Source of the DNA: a virus
Taxonomy: Duplodnaviria > Caudoviricetes
Reading direction: 5' to 3' (one strand)
IMG/VR virus record: IMGVR_UViG_641201351_000001
Coordinates: 88,373-152,372 of that record
Length of the DNA: 64,000 nucleotides
Part shown: positions 35,640-45,888 of the stretch, one piece after another
How the letters are laid out: each line of letters opens with the position of its first letter
Position numbering within the stretch: position 1 is the first letter of the stretch
Notes under the pieces: generated by a model
What the model saw: the letters and a program-made list of their open reading frames with translations, nothing else
Database searches by the model: none
Told to the model about the DNA's origin: nothing
Position numbers and translations under genes: made by a program

Positions 35640-36164
35640 TTATGCTAGATAAGCTTTGATATTTAGTATTACTGGCAAATTAAACACTCTTTCTATTGCG
35701 CCAACTAGACTTACTTTTAGTGCGAAAGGATAGAAGTCTTGATAATATAACCTTTCTCTAATTTCTATTGAACTTCCTTTAAACGCTATAAACTCATCTA
35801 TACTCTTACCTTGAAACTCAATTATTTCTCCATAGGGTGTATAAGATAAGTGAATTTTATTTTTGCCGAAAAAATTTGCAACAACTACTTCTGATTTTAT
35901 GTTTTTTAGCAGATACAAATCAAATTTATCCTGGTGAAATTTATAGTCTATGTATTGACTAATTTTTATCTTATAAACATAAAATTCGCTCTCTAATTCG
36001 TTAACGAAATAGAAAAACCTATATTGAAAATTTCCCAAAATTGAATCTAATTCGTTAAATGTAAAAGTGAGTTTATATGTTTCTTCTGCTAGGTGGCCGC
36101 CTAGAGAATTTTTTCTTTCTGAGTTTCTTATCTTTAGTGGAAAAATAAGATTACTTGAAAACAT
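35640..36164 (-). CDS. hypothetical protein, morphogenesis region
   Basis: 174-aa ORF in operon. Confidence 0.65.
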   Translation of the reverse strand: MFSSNLIFPLKIRNSERKNSLGGHLAEETYKLTFTFNELDSILGNFQYRFFYFVNELESEFYVYKIKISQYIDYKFHQDKFDLYLLKNIKSEVVVANFFGKNKIHLSYTPYGEIIEFQGKSIDEFIAFKGSSIEIRERLYYQDFYPFALKVSLVGAIERVFNLPVILNIKAYLA

Positions 36165-36180
36165 AATCTTTTATTTCTTA

Positions 36181-37221
36181 TTATCGCACAGCGAAACAAA
36201 CTTTCATTGGTGTCAAACTTCTTCTAGTGCTAAAGCTAGGACAAACGCTTTGTGTCATTGGGCTATATATCTTATTTTGACCAAAACTCTTTAGAAAATT
36301 TAAAGGCTCAATGTAGCCATAATACTTCGCATAAGAGCCTCCATAAAAGATTTCGTCCGAGGTAGCTTGAACATATGAATTATTTTTTCCGAAAAAATTC
36401 CAGGGCCCACTTGGATCCATAAAAGAAGATATGTAGTACTTGTAATCTATACAATATTGCGTTAATGATGTTGTATTTTTTAGTGTGTCATACAAAATTG
36501 CTGATATATAAGCTAAATTTAGGCCTTTGTCTTTATACATGTTTCTTGGATAGTTTTTGGGAAAATTTGAGTAGATATTTTTTAATGTAGTTTCAAAGTG
36601 AAGATGAGATGTGCTATTGCATTTGTATTCTCCTATTGAAGCTATTCTTTCTCCCGCCTTGACTTTTTTTCCAATGTTTACTTCTGGAACAACATGACCA
36701 TAAAGCGCATAGAAAACTTTATCTTGACATCTATGTTCTATTGCCACAAATCCAGAACAATCGCAAGAAGCACTACAAAATCGTCTACTAGCATTGATCA
36801 CAATGCCGTCAGTTACTGCATATACAGGAAGTCCTAAATCTTGATTTCCTGAACCGTAGTTTATATCAACGCCTGGATGAAATGAAATATATTTAAAATT
36901 TGCTTTATTAATCAACTTTGCTCTGTCTGATAAAATTTTTCCTCTAGCGAAGTTTAATTTTTGCGGGTTTGTGTTTACTATGAATTCCAAAAGAAGTATT
37001 CTATTTTCTATAGATGACAAATCTTGTGGCAAATTTGGGTAATTTTGTTTGAAGGAAGAATAGTTTAATTCGTAAGATTGTATTAAAGAGGTTATATCAA
37101 ATAAAATTTTTTGTTCTTGGTGCGTAAAAAATTTTTGATTGGGATACGGTTCACCATAGTTTGTGGCTATGGTTATTGGTGATAATGAGCAGTTGATTGG
37201 AAAGTAAACCTTTTGCGCCAT
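36181..37221 (-). CDS. M23-family peptidoglycan endopeptidase
   Basis: HPGVD, PVYAVTDG, YGHV, GKKVKAGERI, HLHFE. Confidence 0.9.
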   Translation of the reverse strand: MAQKVYFPINCSLSPITIATNYGEPYPNQKFFTHQEQKILFDITSLIQSYELNYSSFKQNYPNLPQDLSSIENRILLLEFIVNTNPQKLNFARGKILSDRAKLINKANFKYISFHPGVDINYGSGNQDLGLPVYAVTDGIVINASRRFCSASCDCSGFVAIEHRCQDKVFYALYGHVVPEVNIGKKVKAGERIASIGEYKCNSTSHLHFETTLKNIYSNFPKNYPRNMYKDKGLNLAYISAILYDTLKNTTSLTQYCIDYKYYISSFMDPSGPWNFFGKNNSYVQATSDEIFYGGSYAKYYGYIEPLNFLKSFGQNKIYSPMTQSVCPSFSTRRSLTPMKVCFAVR

Positions 37222-37225
37222 AACT

Positions 37226-38176
37226 TTACCAAGCAGTCATTACTGGTCTGTAATAAGGAGATAATAGTTCTCTTAATCTTTCTTTGTATTCGTTATAAAG
37301 ATTTTCGTAAAGTAGACCATTGTTTCCAAAGGATGCGTTAAAGCCTTCTATACCGAAAGACCTAAGTCCTGCAGTTAGGTTTGCAGAAATGGCTAAGATG
37401 AATTGCATTGCAGCTCTTATCGCTACTGCTTCTAGTAAATCGTATGGAGTGTCTGTGTAGCCAAATTCGTAATCAATCACTATGACTTGAGGAATTCTTG
37501 GTGCGATTGGACCATATTGCGAACCCCAAAGTGGGTCTTGAGAGGTTGTTTGTGATAAAATTCTAGCCATTACAGCAGGAAATATGTGTATTTCTCCAGT
37601 TCTATAAAAGTAAAATTCATTTGGTTTATACAACCTAAAAAAGAGATTTTTCCCTTCGTATCCAGGAGGCGCTGTAAACGCTAAAGCCAAAGAATAAACA
37701 GTTATTATTGGGGCATAATAAGTAATAATTAGTGGTGTGCCTTTTCCGTCTTGTCTTTCTGCATCACCAATTTTATTTGGGGCAACACGAATATTTGAAA
37801 CCCATTGGTTTAATTGATCGTTTGTCAAAAGCTCAAAAGGAAGAGAACCTGGAACATAAAAACTAGGATTGTTACCATAAAGATTTTTTTGAGCCGCTGT
37901 TAAATCTTCCCATTTAGGAAATTGATAGAAATTTTCATTTATGGCATCCTTGTATTTAGCTCTGTTTTCGTAAGCTTCTTTTGGAGTTTTAGGAAGATTT
38001 GTAAATCTAGCTGGTGTAAGAGAAGTTCTCAATCTGTTCTCTATGTATTGTGCAGACCTTTCTATTTCTCTCTCTAAATACTGCTGAACTTCAGGAGTAA
38101 TTTCTGGTAATAATACACCCTCAACTTTGTCTAGCAATATTTGAAATATGTCTTGTTTTACTTTTTCTGTAAGCAT
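37226..38176 (-). CDS. putative neck / head-tail connector protein
   Basis: N-terminal helix with IENRL, IDYEFGY..P.DL.EAV..RAA, LLSPY C-terminus typical of connector proteins. Confidence 0.55.
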   Translation of the reverse strand: MLTEKVKQDIFQILLDKVEGVLLPEITPEVQQYLEREIERSAQYIENRLRTSLTPARFTNLPKTPKEAYENRAKYKDAINENFYQFPKWEDLTAAQKNLYGNNPSFYVPGSLPFELLTNDQLNQWVSNIRVAPNKIGDAERQDGKGTPLIITYYAPIITVYSLALAFTAPPGYEGKNLFFRLYKPNEFYFYRTGEIHIFPAVMARILSQTTSQDPLWGSQYGPIAPRIPQVIVIDYEFGYTDTPYDLLEAVAIRAAMQFILAISANLTAGLRSFGIEGFNASFGNNGLLYENLYNEYKERLRELLSPYYRPVMTAW

Positions 38177-38180
38177 AGTC

Positions 38181-38441
38181 TTATATTAGAGTGTATAGAT
38201 GATAAATTATTGCTATTAGGCCCAAAATCATTAATAGCGCCAAAACATGAGCAACCAAAGGTTTTGTTTTTGATTTTCTATAAAATCTTTCAGAAAGCGT
38301 AACTCCAGTTAGCTTTATAGATATGTATTCTCCTATACCTAGAGCTGTAAGAACCAGAAGAGTAAATATTGACCATTCTTTTAATCCAGCCAAATAAAAA
38401 GCAACAGTCCAAATCATGAATGTTCCTAATACTATTAGCAT
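38181..38441 (-). CDS. small 3-TM membrane protein, holin candidate
   Basis: hydrophobic helices; same operon as M23 peptidase; TAAAAT leaderless start. Confidence 0.5.
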   Translation of the reverse strand: MLIVLGTFMIWTVAFYLAGLKEWSIFTLLVLTALGIGEYISIKLTGVTLSERFYRKSKTKPLVAHVLALLMILGLIAIIYHLYTLI

Positions 38442-38497
38442 AATTTCATTTTATACAGGAACTTTTGTTTTTTCGCTTTTTGTTTTACAATATAAAT

Positions 38498-38683
38498 GTG
38501 CAGACACTTAAAACATGGTATCAAAATAAGATGTCAGTTTATAGAGAAACAAACAAAACAATTAGAGATATACAAAACTTGAGGACATTTTACTATCTAA
38601 TGAAAGCAGAACACGGAGAATATGCTATAAAGGATTGGAACACCTTATTTCGAAAATTTTTAAAAGAACAAGGACTTTTGTGA
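38498..38683 (+). CDS. small hypothetical protein
   Basis: GTG 7 nt after TACAAT. Confidence 0.55.
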   Translation: MQTLKTWYQNKMSVYRETNKTIRDIQNLRTFYYLMKAEHGEYAIKDWNTLFRKFLKEQGLL

Positions 38684-38704
38684 TAGAATTAAGTGGAGGA
38701 AGTT

Positions 38705-39088
38705 ATGAAGAAGGTAAAAGTAAAGTTTAATCCAAGAACAACTCTTAGAGTTGCCTACAAAGGTCATATTTACAGACTTAGCACAGAAGATGAAGGACAA
38801 TTTGTTGAGTTACCAATTTCAACAATGGGCAAGAAGGAAGCAAAAGAGCTTTTAGAGCATCTAAAAAATATAGGAATTTTATCCTCTTACGACACAGAAG
38901 TTGTTGAAGATAAGGAAGAAGTCAATGTTGTGCCAAACGATGATGTCTTAATGAAAGAAATGGATAATTTAACTGAAGAACAGGATACTGAAAAAAGAGT
39001 TGAAGAGGAACAAAATACTGAAGAGCCTGCGGTTGAGAAAGATACAACAGAAAAGCCAAAAAGAAAAAGAGGAAAGAAAAGCAAATAA
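38705..39088 (+). CDS. acidic protein with basic C-terminal tail (KPKRKRGKKSK)
   Basis: GGAGGA SD; TGaTAGAAT promoter. Confidence 0.75.
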   Translation: MKKVKVKFNPRTTLRVAYKGHIYRLSTEDEGQFVELPISTMGKKEAKELLEHLKNIGILSSYDTEVVEDKEEVNVVPNDDVLMKEMDNLTEEQDTEKRVEEEQNTEEPAVEKDTTEKPKRKRGKKSK

Positions 39089-39098
39089 TTAGCTTGTT

Positions 39099-39587
39099 AT
39101 GATTCAAATATCGCTTTCTCAAGCAAACCCACTAACAACAACATTATCTGGTAGTACTTTTGATGTTAATAATGTAAATTATTATAATGCAGGTGTAATA
39201 AAAGAAGAAGATTCAGGGAGAACAAAAATTTTTATTTATGGTGAAGATTTACAACTTGTTTTAAGTCCAAAGTTTATCTTTCTAAAAATTAGTGCAGATA
39301 AATTTTTGACTCACCAAGATTTTTGCTCATCTTATTCTGTTGATATTTGTGATGGGTTTACTATAAATTATCTTCACGGCGCTGAACATATTTCGTTAAT
39401 TTACATAAGGGGAAACATTCTGAATATATTAAGGTTTTTGTTTAGTTTGACGCATCCAATATTCACACTAAACACAACTTTTAATGAAAACTACATACAC
39501 GCAAAAGTGGCATTTGAAGAAGGGCCGATAAAGATAAGAACAGAAAACATTGACGCTGGTAGTCCTTATAAAAAATATTGTTTTTGA
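39099..39587 (+). CDS. hypothetical, possibly baseplate-associated
   Basis: directly upstream of baseplate J. Confidence 0.6.
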   Translation: MIQISLSQANPLTTTLSGSTFDVNNVNYYNAGVIKEEDSGRTKIFIYGEDLQLVLSPKFIFLKISADKFLTHQDFCSSYSVDICDGFTINYLHGAEHISLIYIRGNILNILRFLFSLTHPIFTLNTTFNENYIHAKVAFEEGPIKIRTENIDAGSPYKKYCF

Positions 39588-39606
39588 AAATTTAAAATAA
39601 AAAGCG

Positions 39607-41595
39607 ATGAAAACAAAGTTTGAAATATTAAACTTTTTGGAAAACACATTCTTAGCAATACAAAATAAAATAAATGCGATAAAGCCCGGTAGCGTAATAA
39701 GATCTATTTTTTACTCTGTTGCTAGCGCTATAGAAGATGTTTACACGCTCATTGATGAGGTAAAACAAAATTCATACATACATACAGCTACAGGTGAATA
39801 TTTGGACCAATTAATCTATGGTTTTTCAAAATTAGAAAGAATAAGAGGACGAAGAGCTTTTGGATATGTAGTTCTTAGCCCTATTGGTTTTAATTTTGAC
39901 TCCATTCAAAGCATAGACTTGTTGTCTAATATAGTTTTCTCAAAATATGATATAAAAAATAACCTAGTTTTTTCTCCCCCCCTCTCTGCCAAGTTTAGTA
40001 TTTCAACAGCATATGGAATTTTTAACTATCTTTTACTACCCCCGATTAAATTATCACTTCAATACGAAGACGATTTTTATTATGAAATAAATCCCAACAC
40101 AGGAAAGCAAAGAATAGCCGAAATTTTTGCTGAAACTATAAAAGCTAACTTTCTTCAAAATCCGACAAAGAGGATAAAATACATAGTTCTACCTATAATT
40201 TCGGAAGACTTTGGAAAGGAAAAGAACTTACTACCATCATCAATAGATGTTGTTTTACAATTTGGCACAGCGAAATTTTCTTTAAGTAACAATTTCGAAT
40301 ACATGCTTTTAACAGATGAAACTTCTGTAGATTTAGATTCAGTATCTTATTATGAAGACACACTTCTCGTTTTGGGCGAATCTTCGGAGATTAAAGGAGG
40401 ATCTTCAGAAGAAACAGACGATGAATACAGAAACAGGTATTGGAACTTTTTAAACTCTTTATCTAAAGGAACAATTTCCTCTATTGAAAATGCCCTTTCT
40501 CAAGTAATACAGGGTGCGAAAGTAAAGGCTATTAACTCTCCCAATCCTGGAGTAATAGATGTTTACATTTATTCAGACACTCAAATAATAAGCAATTCGC
40601 TTGTTTTACTTTCTCAAGAAATTGTAGACGAAGTTAAGCCTGCTGGTTCTATAATAAATATAAGGTTTCCTAAAACTGTTTACATAAATCTTCTTGTTGA
40701 CAGTAAAAACTCCATTACAAAAAACGACATTGAAAGTCTTAGATTGAAGTTTAGAGATTCGTTTTCTGAATTAAACATTGGAGATTCTTTTTCTTACAAC
40801 AAGTTTTGGGAATTTTTAAGGGACCAAAACTCCTCGTTTGCAAATCCAATGTTTGGCTTATCGTTAAATCGTGAACTTTTTGAGCTTTATAAAAACAATA
40901 TTAAAAAGTTTGTTTGTTTAAACTACTACGAAAGCCACACATACTTTACAACACTACCAGATTTTTGTAGTGGCCCATCGGAGTTCACTTATAGTGATTA
41001 TTTGAGAATTATTTCAGAAGGAAAAATAGCTTTATATATTTACGATAAAAACAACAATTACAAGTCTTACATAACAAACAACAACTATTCTTCACAGTTA
41101 AATATACAAGCACCTAGATATCCATTAAAAAAAGTTATTTCAAGAGTGCTTGGAGGAGAAGAAATCCTACATCCAAGCATAAGAAACGCAATAAAAGCAA
41201 GATGCAGAAATATTTCTGCGGACATATGTTTAAAAGAAATATCTAGAAATGGAGATTTAAACGCTTCTGAAATCCAAAGCAGAATAGCTATACCTATTTT
41301 TGATTTAGACGAGGTGTATGCAAACTACTTCAAAATAAAGCTCATGACACTACCAGTAAGGTCAACAAATGACATAGAACTTTGTGAAAATAAAATATCA
41401 GACTATTCATACTGTTCCGGAAATTCTTATGAATTTAAGATTTTGTATTTCTTGTTAAACGATGTTCAGTATATAGAATATAAAGACTTAGACGAAATAC
41501 AATATGCAGATGGACTAATCCGCTTACAAACATCTAGTCAACTTAATAAAGACTTTATAGCAAAATATAATGTAGCTGTAAGGAGCGAACAATGA
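39607..41595 (+). CDS. baseplate J-like wedge protein
   Basis: GSVIRS, TATGEYLD, GGSSEETDDEYRNR, SKGT, PGVIDVY, VKPAG. Confidence 0.85.
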   Translation: MKTKFEILNFLENTFLAIQNKINAIKPGSVIRSIFYSVASAIEDVYTLIDEVKQNSYIHTATGEYLDQLIYGFSKLERIRGRRAFGYVVLSPIGFNFDSIQSIDLLSNIVFSKYDIKNNLVFSPPLSAKFSISTAYGIFNYLLLPPIKLSLQYEDDFYYEINPNTGKQRIAEIFAETIKANFLQNPTKRIKYIVLPIISEDFGKEKNLLPSSIDVVLQFGTAKFSLSNNFEYMLLTDETSVDLDSVSYYEDTLLVLGESSEIKGGSSEETDDEYRNRYWNFLNSLSKGTISSIENALSQVIQGAKVKAINSPNPGVIDVYIYSDTQIISNSLVLLSQEIVDEVKPAGSIINIRFPKTVYINLLVDSKNSITKNDIESLRLKFRDSFSELNIGDSFSYNKFWEFLRDQNSSFANPMFGLSLNRELFELYKNNIKKFVCLNYYESHTYFTTLPDFCSGPSEFTYSDYLRIISEGKIALYIYDKNNNYKSYITNNNYSSQLNIQAPRYPLKKVISRVLGGEEILHPSIRNAIKARCRNISADICLKEISRNGDLNASEIQSRIAIPIFDLDEVYANYFKIKLMTLPVRSTNDIELCENKISDYSYCSGNSYEFKILYFLLNDVQYIEYKDLDEIQYADGLIRLQTSSQLNKDFIAKYNVAVRSEQ

Positions 41596-43487
41596 AAAAG
41601 TTTAGGCCTAGTTTTGCAAAATTCATAAGATTTTCCGATTTGAGTTCGTTAAACGAAGAAAACACATCCTTTTTATTAAAGCTAATAAAGACTACTTTTG
41701 GCAAAGGTTATTATTCTGACAAAAACATAAACCAGGTTGTTTCCTTTGATGTTCAAACTGTAGGAATAACAGAATACTTTAACTTTAGGATAAAAACAAA
41801 CGAAACCTTTTCATTTTTAGACGAAAATGGATTTTCCGAATCTGTTGGCGGAAATTTGAATTTTTATAGTGTTATTTTTGACGAAAAAAATCCTTTAAAT
41901 GGTTCTACCGAAAACCCTATTAGAATACCCTATGGTTTGTTTCCAGTAAATACTGTTGTAGGGTACAGTAAAGAAAACATTCCAATTCTTTATGTAAATG
42001 GAACACCACAATTCAGTAGCGATTTTTCAACATCTAAAGATTCAGAATATTCAAAAATAAGCTTTTCTAGAATTCGTGGAGGATATATTTATCCAATACC
42101 CAAGGATAAAAACGGAAAGTTTAATACAAAGGTGGTTACTGGTACAACCTTTTTGGACTTTAAACAGGATTTTTGCGATGATGATTTAAATTGTTATTTG
42201 GATTTTGGGTTTTTAAATACAGTAAGCACAAATAAATATCTTGTACTAAGAGTTACATCACTAGGATTGGAAACATATTATCATATACCTAAAAACCTAC
42301 CAATTTATAACAACAATTTATACTATTTAACTTCTGCAGATAAACCAAATGTTGTTATTATCAACTTTTCTGAGTTCGCTTTAAACGACAACGATACTGT
42401 AGAATTCTATTTCATAGAAAATTCCCCACCATCAATAACCACAACAAGCGAAACTTTTATAAATCAGTACAACATAAATGTAGACAATATCCTTGTAGAC
42501 ACAAATTCGTCAGCAATTGTTTTGGCACTAGATGAACAAAGCGGGACATTTATAAACCTTTCCAATTTAAATGCCCAGCTAGCAGCAAACATTTATACAA
42601 TAAATACTTCCTACGGAAAAATACAAGTAAATACTTCTTATCTCCCTAGCCCACAAAGTAAGGTCTTTGTGGTGAACTACTACTATGCTCCCCCAATAAA
42701 GATTTACCCAAATCTAGATTACCTAAATAACATATCACTCTATGGTACATTCGGTAGCTCAATATCAATAAATTCAAAACCGAAAACAATTCAAATTTAC
42801 GCAAAAAATACACATATTCCTTTTTACGGAACAACATACTATGATTCCTCTTCAAACATAGTATCTGAACCTTATGTATACGATATACTTCCATACTTCT
42901 TGCTTTCTGAGTCCACAATAAACGATTCTCAATATACTTATATAGGCTCTGTAACCGTAAACACAGACAACAGCACAAACTTCTCTCCTTCTAGCAACAT
43001 ACAAGTTCCTTACCAAAATCTTATAAACTTAGCTCAACAAATCAATCCTCCTCCCAAATGGAGGACATTAAATATAAATAAATCAGAATTCTCATCTGGT
43101 ACAAACACAACAATCGTTATTCCAATACTGCCCGTTGTAACAGAAAATAATAAGGTAACCTCAATAAAAGCGATTCATTTAAAACTTAGAGTTTATGTAT
43201 ACGATATAAACAACGGTCAAGTTGATATACCATTTGACTTAAAACTCTCCTTGAGAGATGGTAATACTATAAAAAACACAATAACCTTAGGATCTTCTTT
43301 ATCTACAGCAACCTCTCAAGTGTACCAATATGGAAACAATAATTTGTTTAGTTTAACAAGTCTAATGTCCCATAATTTTAATTCCAATAACGATGTAGCT
43401 CCAATTTATTATTTAGAGTTTTATGCATCTTCAACAAATTATTTTGTCGTTTTTGATTACGCAATTATCTACTTTGAGATATACTAA
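41592..43487 (+). CDS. putative baseplate/tail structural protein
   Basis: ATGA overlap with J; N/S/T/Y-rich beta-type composition. Confidence 0.6.
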   Translation: MKKFRPSFAKFIRFSDLSSLNEENTSFLLKLIKTTFGKGYYSDKNINQVVSFDVQTVGITEYFNFRIKTNETFSFLDENGFSESVGGNLNFYSVIFDEKNPLNGSTENPIRIPYGLFPVNTVVGYSKENIPILYVNGTPQFSSDFSTSKDSEYSKISFSRIRGGYIYPIPKDKNGKFNTKVVTGTTFLDFKQDFCDDDLNCYLDFGFLNTVSTNKYLVLRVTSLGLETYYHIPKNLPIYNNNLYYLTSADKPNVVIINFSEFALNDNDTVEFYFIENSPPSITTTSETFINQYNINVDNILVDTNSSAIVLALDEQSGTFINLSNLNAQLAANIYTINTSYGKIQVNTSYLPSPQSKVFVVNYYYAPPIKIYPNLDYLNNISLYGTFGSSISINSKPKTIQIYAKNTHIPFYGTTYYDSSSNIVSEPYVYDILPYFLLSESTINDSQYTYIGSVTVNTDNSTNFSPSSNIQVPYQNLINLAQQINPPPKWRTLNINKSEFSSGTNTTIVIPILPVVTENNKVTSIKAIHLKLRVYVYDINNGQVDIPFDLKLSLRDGNTIKNTITLGSSLSTATSQVYQYGNNNLFSLTSLMSHNFNSNNDVAPIYYLEFYASSTNYFVVFDYAIIYFEIY

Positions 43488-43497
43488 AAAATAGACT

Positions 43498-45888
43498 ATG
43501 GCTATAGAACACTTGAAACAATCAGAAGTTTATACCTCTGAAACAACAAACGACTCTGTAGACTTAACTACCTTTGCTCCTCTAAACATACAAGACGACT
43601 TAAATGTAATAAGAACGATATTAAAAAGTATTATTGGTGGAACAAATTTTAAAGATATTGCAAACATCTATACGCTGAAAAACCTATATACTTGGAGAAA
43701 CACACATTTTACTTCTTTTGGATTAAAAGCAACATCTATAGATGTTAGTGTTGTTGCTGATGTAGACAATTTCAGATTTGTTTTGTCTAATAACTCCTAT
43801 TGGCAAAAACTAAAAAGTTTTGCTCAACAATATTTAAATACGCAAAACAAAGTTCTTTGGTCTGGTATAGCTTATACGACTACTGAATTAGATAACGCTA
43901 TAAGAACACTTCCAGTTATTACTTCTCTTCAAACAAATGTTAGCAGTTTACAAACATCAGTTAACTCTCTTCAAACTAATCAATCCATTTTCTTTCAAGA
44001 AATTTATGGAGCAGTAGTTTCTTCTTCCTCTGGAAACCAGCCTATATTAAATAGGATTTCTGCCTTAGAATCACAAGTTAGCAGTTTAAGTGGCTTACTT
44101 AATTCAAGCAATTACATTAATGTAATAAGCCAAGAAATTTATGGCTATTTTCCTCCTCCAGGTGCGCCATTAGGGGCAGATTCTATACTTACAAGACTAA
44201 ACACAGTAGAAAATGACATAGATTCTTTGCAAAACAATATTAGTCAAGTTCCACAAATTCAAACAGATTTACAAAATCTACAAAACAAAGTTGGTTACTT
44301 TGACTACAACACTTACACCAATACAATAATCAGCATAAATACAAATATAAACTTCCTAGATTTTGTTTCTCAATTTGGAGTAAAAGAAAAAATATTATTG
44401 GACTTTGAAAAATTAAAAGTATTAGATTTAGATAGGACGATTAAAAATTTCATTGAATCTCAACCAGCTGCAAATATTATTTCACTTTTAAACGCATTAA
44501 AAAGTAACGATATAGCAGAAGTTTTCATTCCCTATAGGTATATACATTTGGTAAATAGTTCTAATATAACCTTGATTGACAAAATAAAAGAATTGTTAGA
44601 GTCCTTAAACTACTCCGGTAATTTAGATAAGTTTACCAAAATAACAATCCTTATAATTTTGAACCGTTCTACTACACAAGATGAAAGTGTGCTCTACTCT
44701 CAATTACCTCAACTTATCGCCAAACTTCTTCCCTATGTAGATGTAGCCCTTCAAATAGAAGAAAATTTTGATGTTTGGATAGATTCTACTTATTCATCTA
44801 CAATTACTGTACCTTTTAATGCCTTTGCTAATCAAGTGGAAAAAGCTATTAAATACATATACGAAAAAGAAAAATCTGTAAAAGTGTTTACAAATAACCC
44901 AAAATTTGTGCTGTCAAGGTTGGGGCTATACAATTTAGAAATTTTTTCTCCGGTTCAATTTTATTGGCCTGTAAATATTAATGGATTCAATGTAAAAATT
45001 GATAAAGTTACATTGTTTGATAACGCATTTGATGTAAGCTACTTTTGTACACAATTTCCTCCCAATATAGTGGATAGTTCAACAGATAATACTGTATGTG
45101 ATTTAATTTTCAGTCCATCATTCCAAGGAGTTACATTTGATGTATCTTTTGACACAAGTACAAATAATTACACTTCGCCATCAGACATTGAAAAGCTTTT
45201 TGCTGCAGCATCAGATAGTATTAAGGTGGGAGTTCTTACAAATTATACATCCAATTATAAAGTGTTTTCTCCCATTTCCATAGATCTTTCTGATCCTTCC
45301 AATATTCAAGTTTACTTTTCTAGTGTAAAATCAGGATTTTTTAAGCTCTATAGAAAACTGAAGATATTTAATAAAGATACTAACAACTTCCCAACAACAG
45401 AAACTGGTAAGAACACTTCAGTAAACGAATTTTATGATTACTACTTGTTAGACACAATAAATTCTTCTGCTATAATCTACGAATCGGGGATAAAAGATGC
45501 ATTAATTTTTGCTACATCTTTAGGAGAGAATTTTGAAATAGAACTATTTATTAATGGTTATGATATTTACAATCAATCGTACAACTACATATTAAAACTT
45601 TCCTATGATGCATCTACGGGAGATTTAGCTGGATACGACAGTTCAAATAACGCAATAACTGGGTTTTCTAAGAACATAGGTACTAGCGGTTTAGGTATTT
45701 TTAAGGTGTTTCTTATAAACAACAGTACAGATTTAGATATTTATTTGGGAAGTATATCTGATATTACACCTCCAACATCCCCCAAATACACAATAACAAA
45801 CATGAATTTTGATGGATCAATCAATATTATTTTGAACTTTACAGGAACTACAGACTTGAAAGTAAAAGTACTGTCAAACGATGTATAA
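43498..45888 (+). CDS. putative tail fibre / fibritin-like coiled-coil protein
   Basis: heptad repeats LQTNVSSLQTSVNSLQ, repeated QEIYG...IL.R. Confidence 0.6.
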   Translation: MAIEHLKQSEVYTSETTNDSVDLTTFAPLNIQDDLNVIRTILKSIIGGTNFKDIANIYTLKNLYTWRNTHFTSFGLKATSIDVSVVADVDNFRFVLSNNSYWQKLKSFAQQYLNTQNKVLWSGIAYTTTELDNAIRTLPVITSLQTNVSSLQTSVNSLQTNQSIFFQEIYGAVVSSSSGNQPILNRISALESQVSSLSGLLNSSNYINVISQEIYGYFPPPGAPLGADSILTRLNTVENDIDSLQNNISQVPQIQTDLQNLQNKVGYFDYNTYTNTIISINTNINFLDFVSQFGVKEKILLDFEKLKVLDLDRTIKNFIESQPAANIISLLNALKSNDIAEVFIPYRYIHLVNSSNITLIDKIKELLESLNYSGNLDKFTKITILIILNRSTTQDESVLYSQLPQLIAKLLPYVDVALQIEENFDVWIDSTYSSTITVPFNAFANQVEKAIKYIYEKEKSVKVFTNNPKFVLSRLGLYNLEIFSPVQFYWPVNINGFNVKIDKVTLFDNAFDVSYFCTQFPPNIVDSSTDNTVCDLIFSPSFQGVTFDVSFDTSTNNYTSPSDIEKLFAAASDSIKVGVLTNYTSNYKVFSPISIDLSDPSNIQVYFSSVKSGFFKLYRKLKIFNKDTNNFPTTETGKNTSVNEFYDYYLLDTINSSAIIYESGIKDALIFATSLGENFEIELFINGYDIYNQSYNYILKLSYDASTGDLAGYDSSNNAITGFSKNIGTSGLGIFKVFLINNSTDLDIYLGSISDITPPTSPKYTITNMNFDGSINIILNFTGTTDLKVKVLSNDV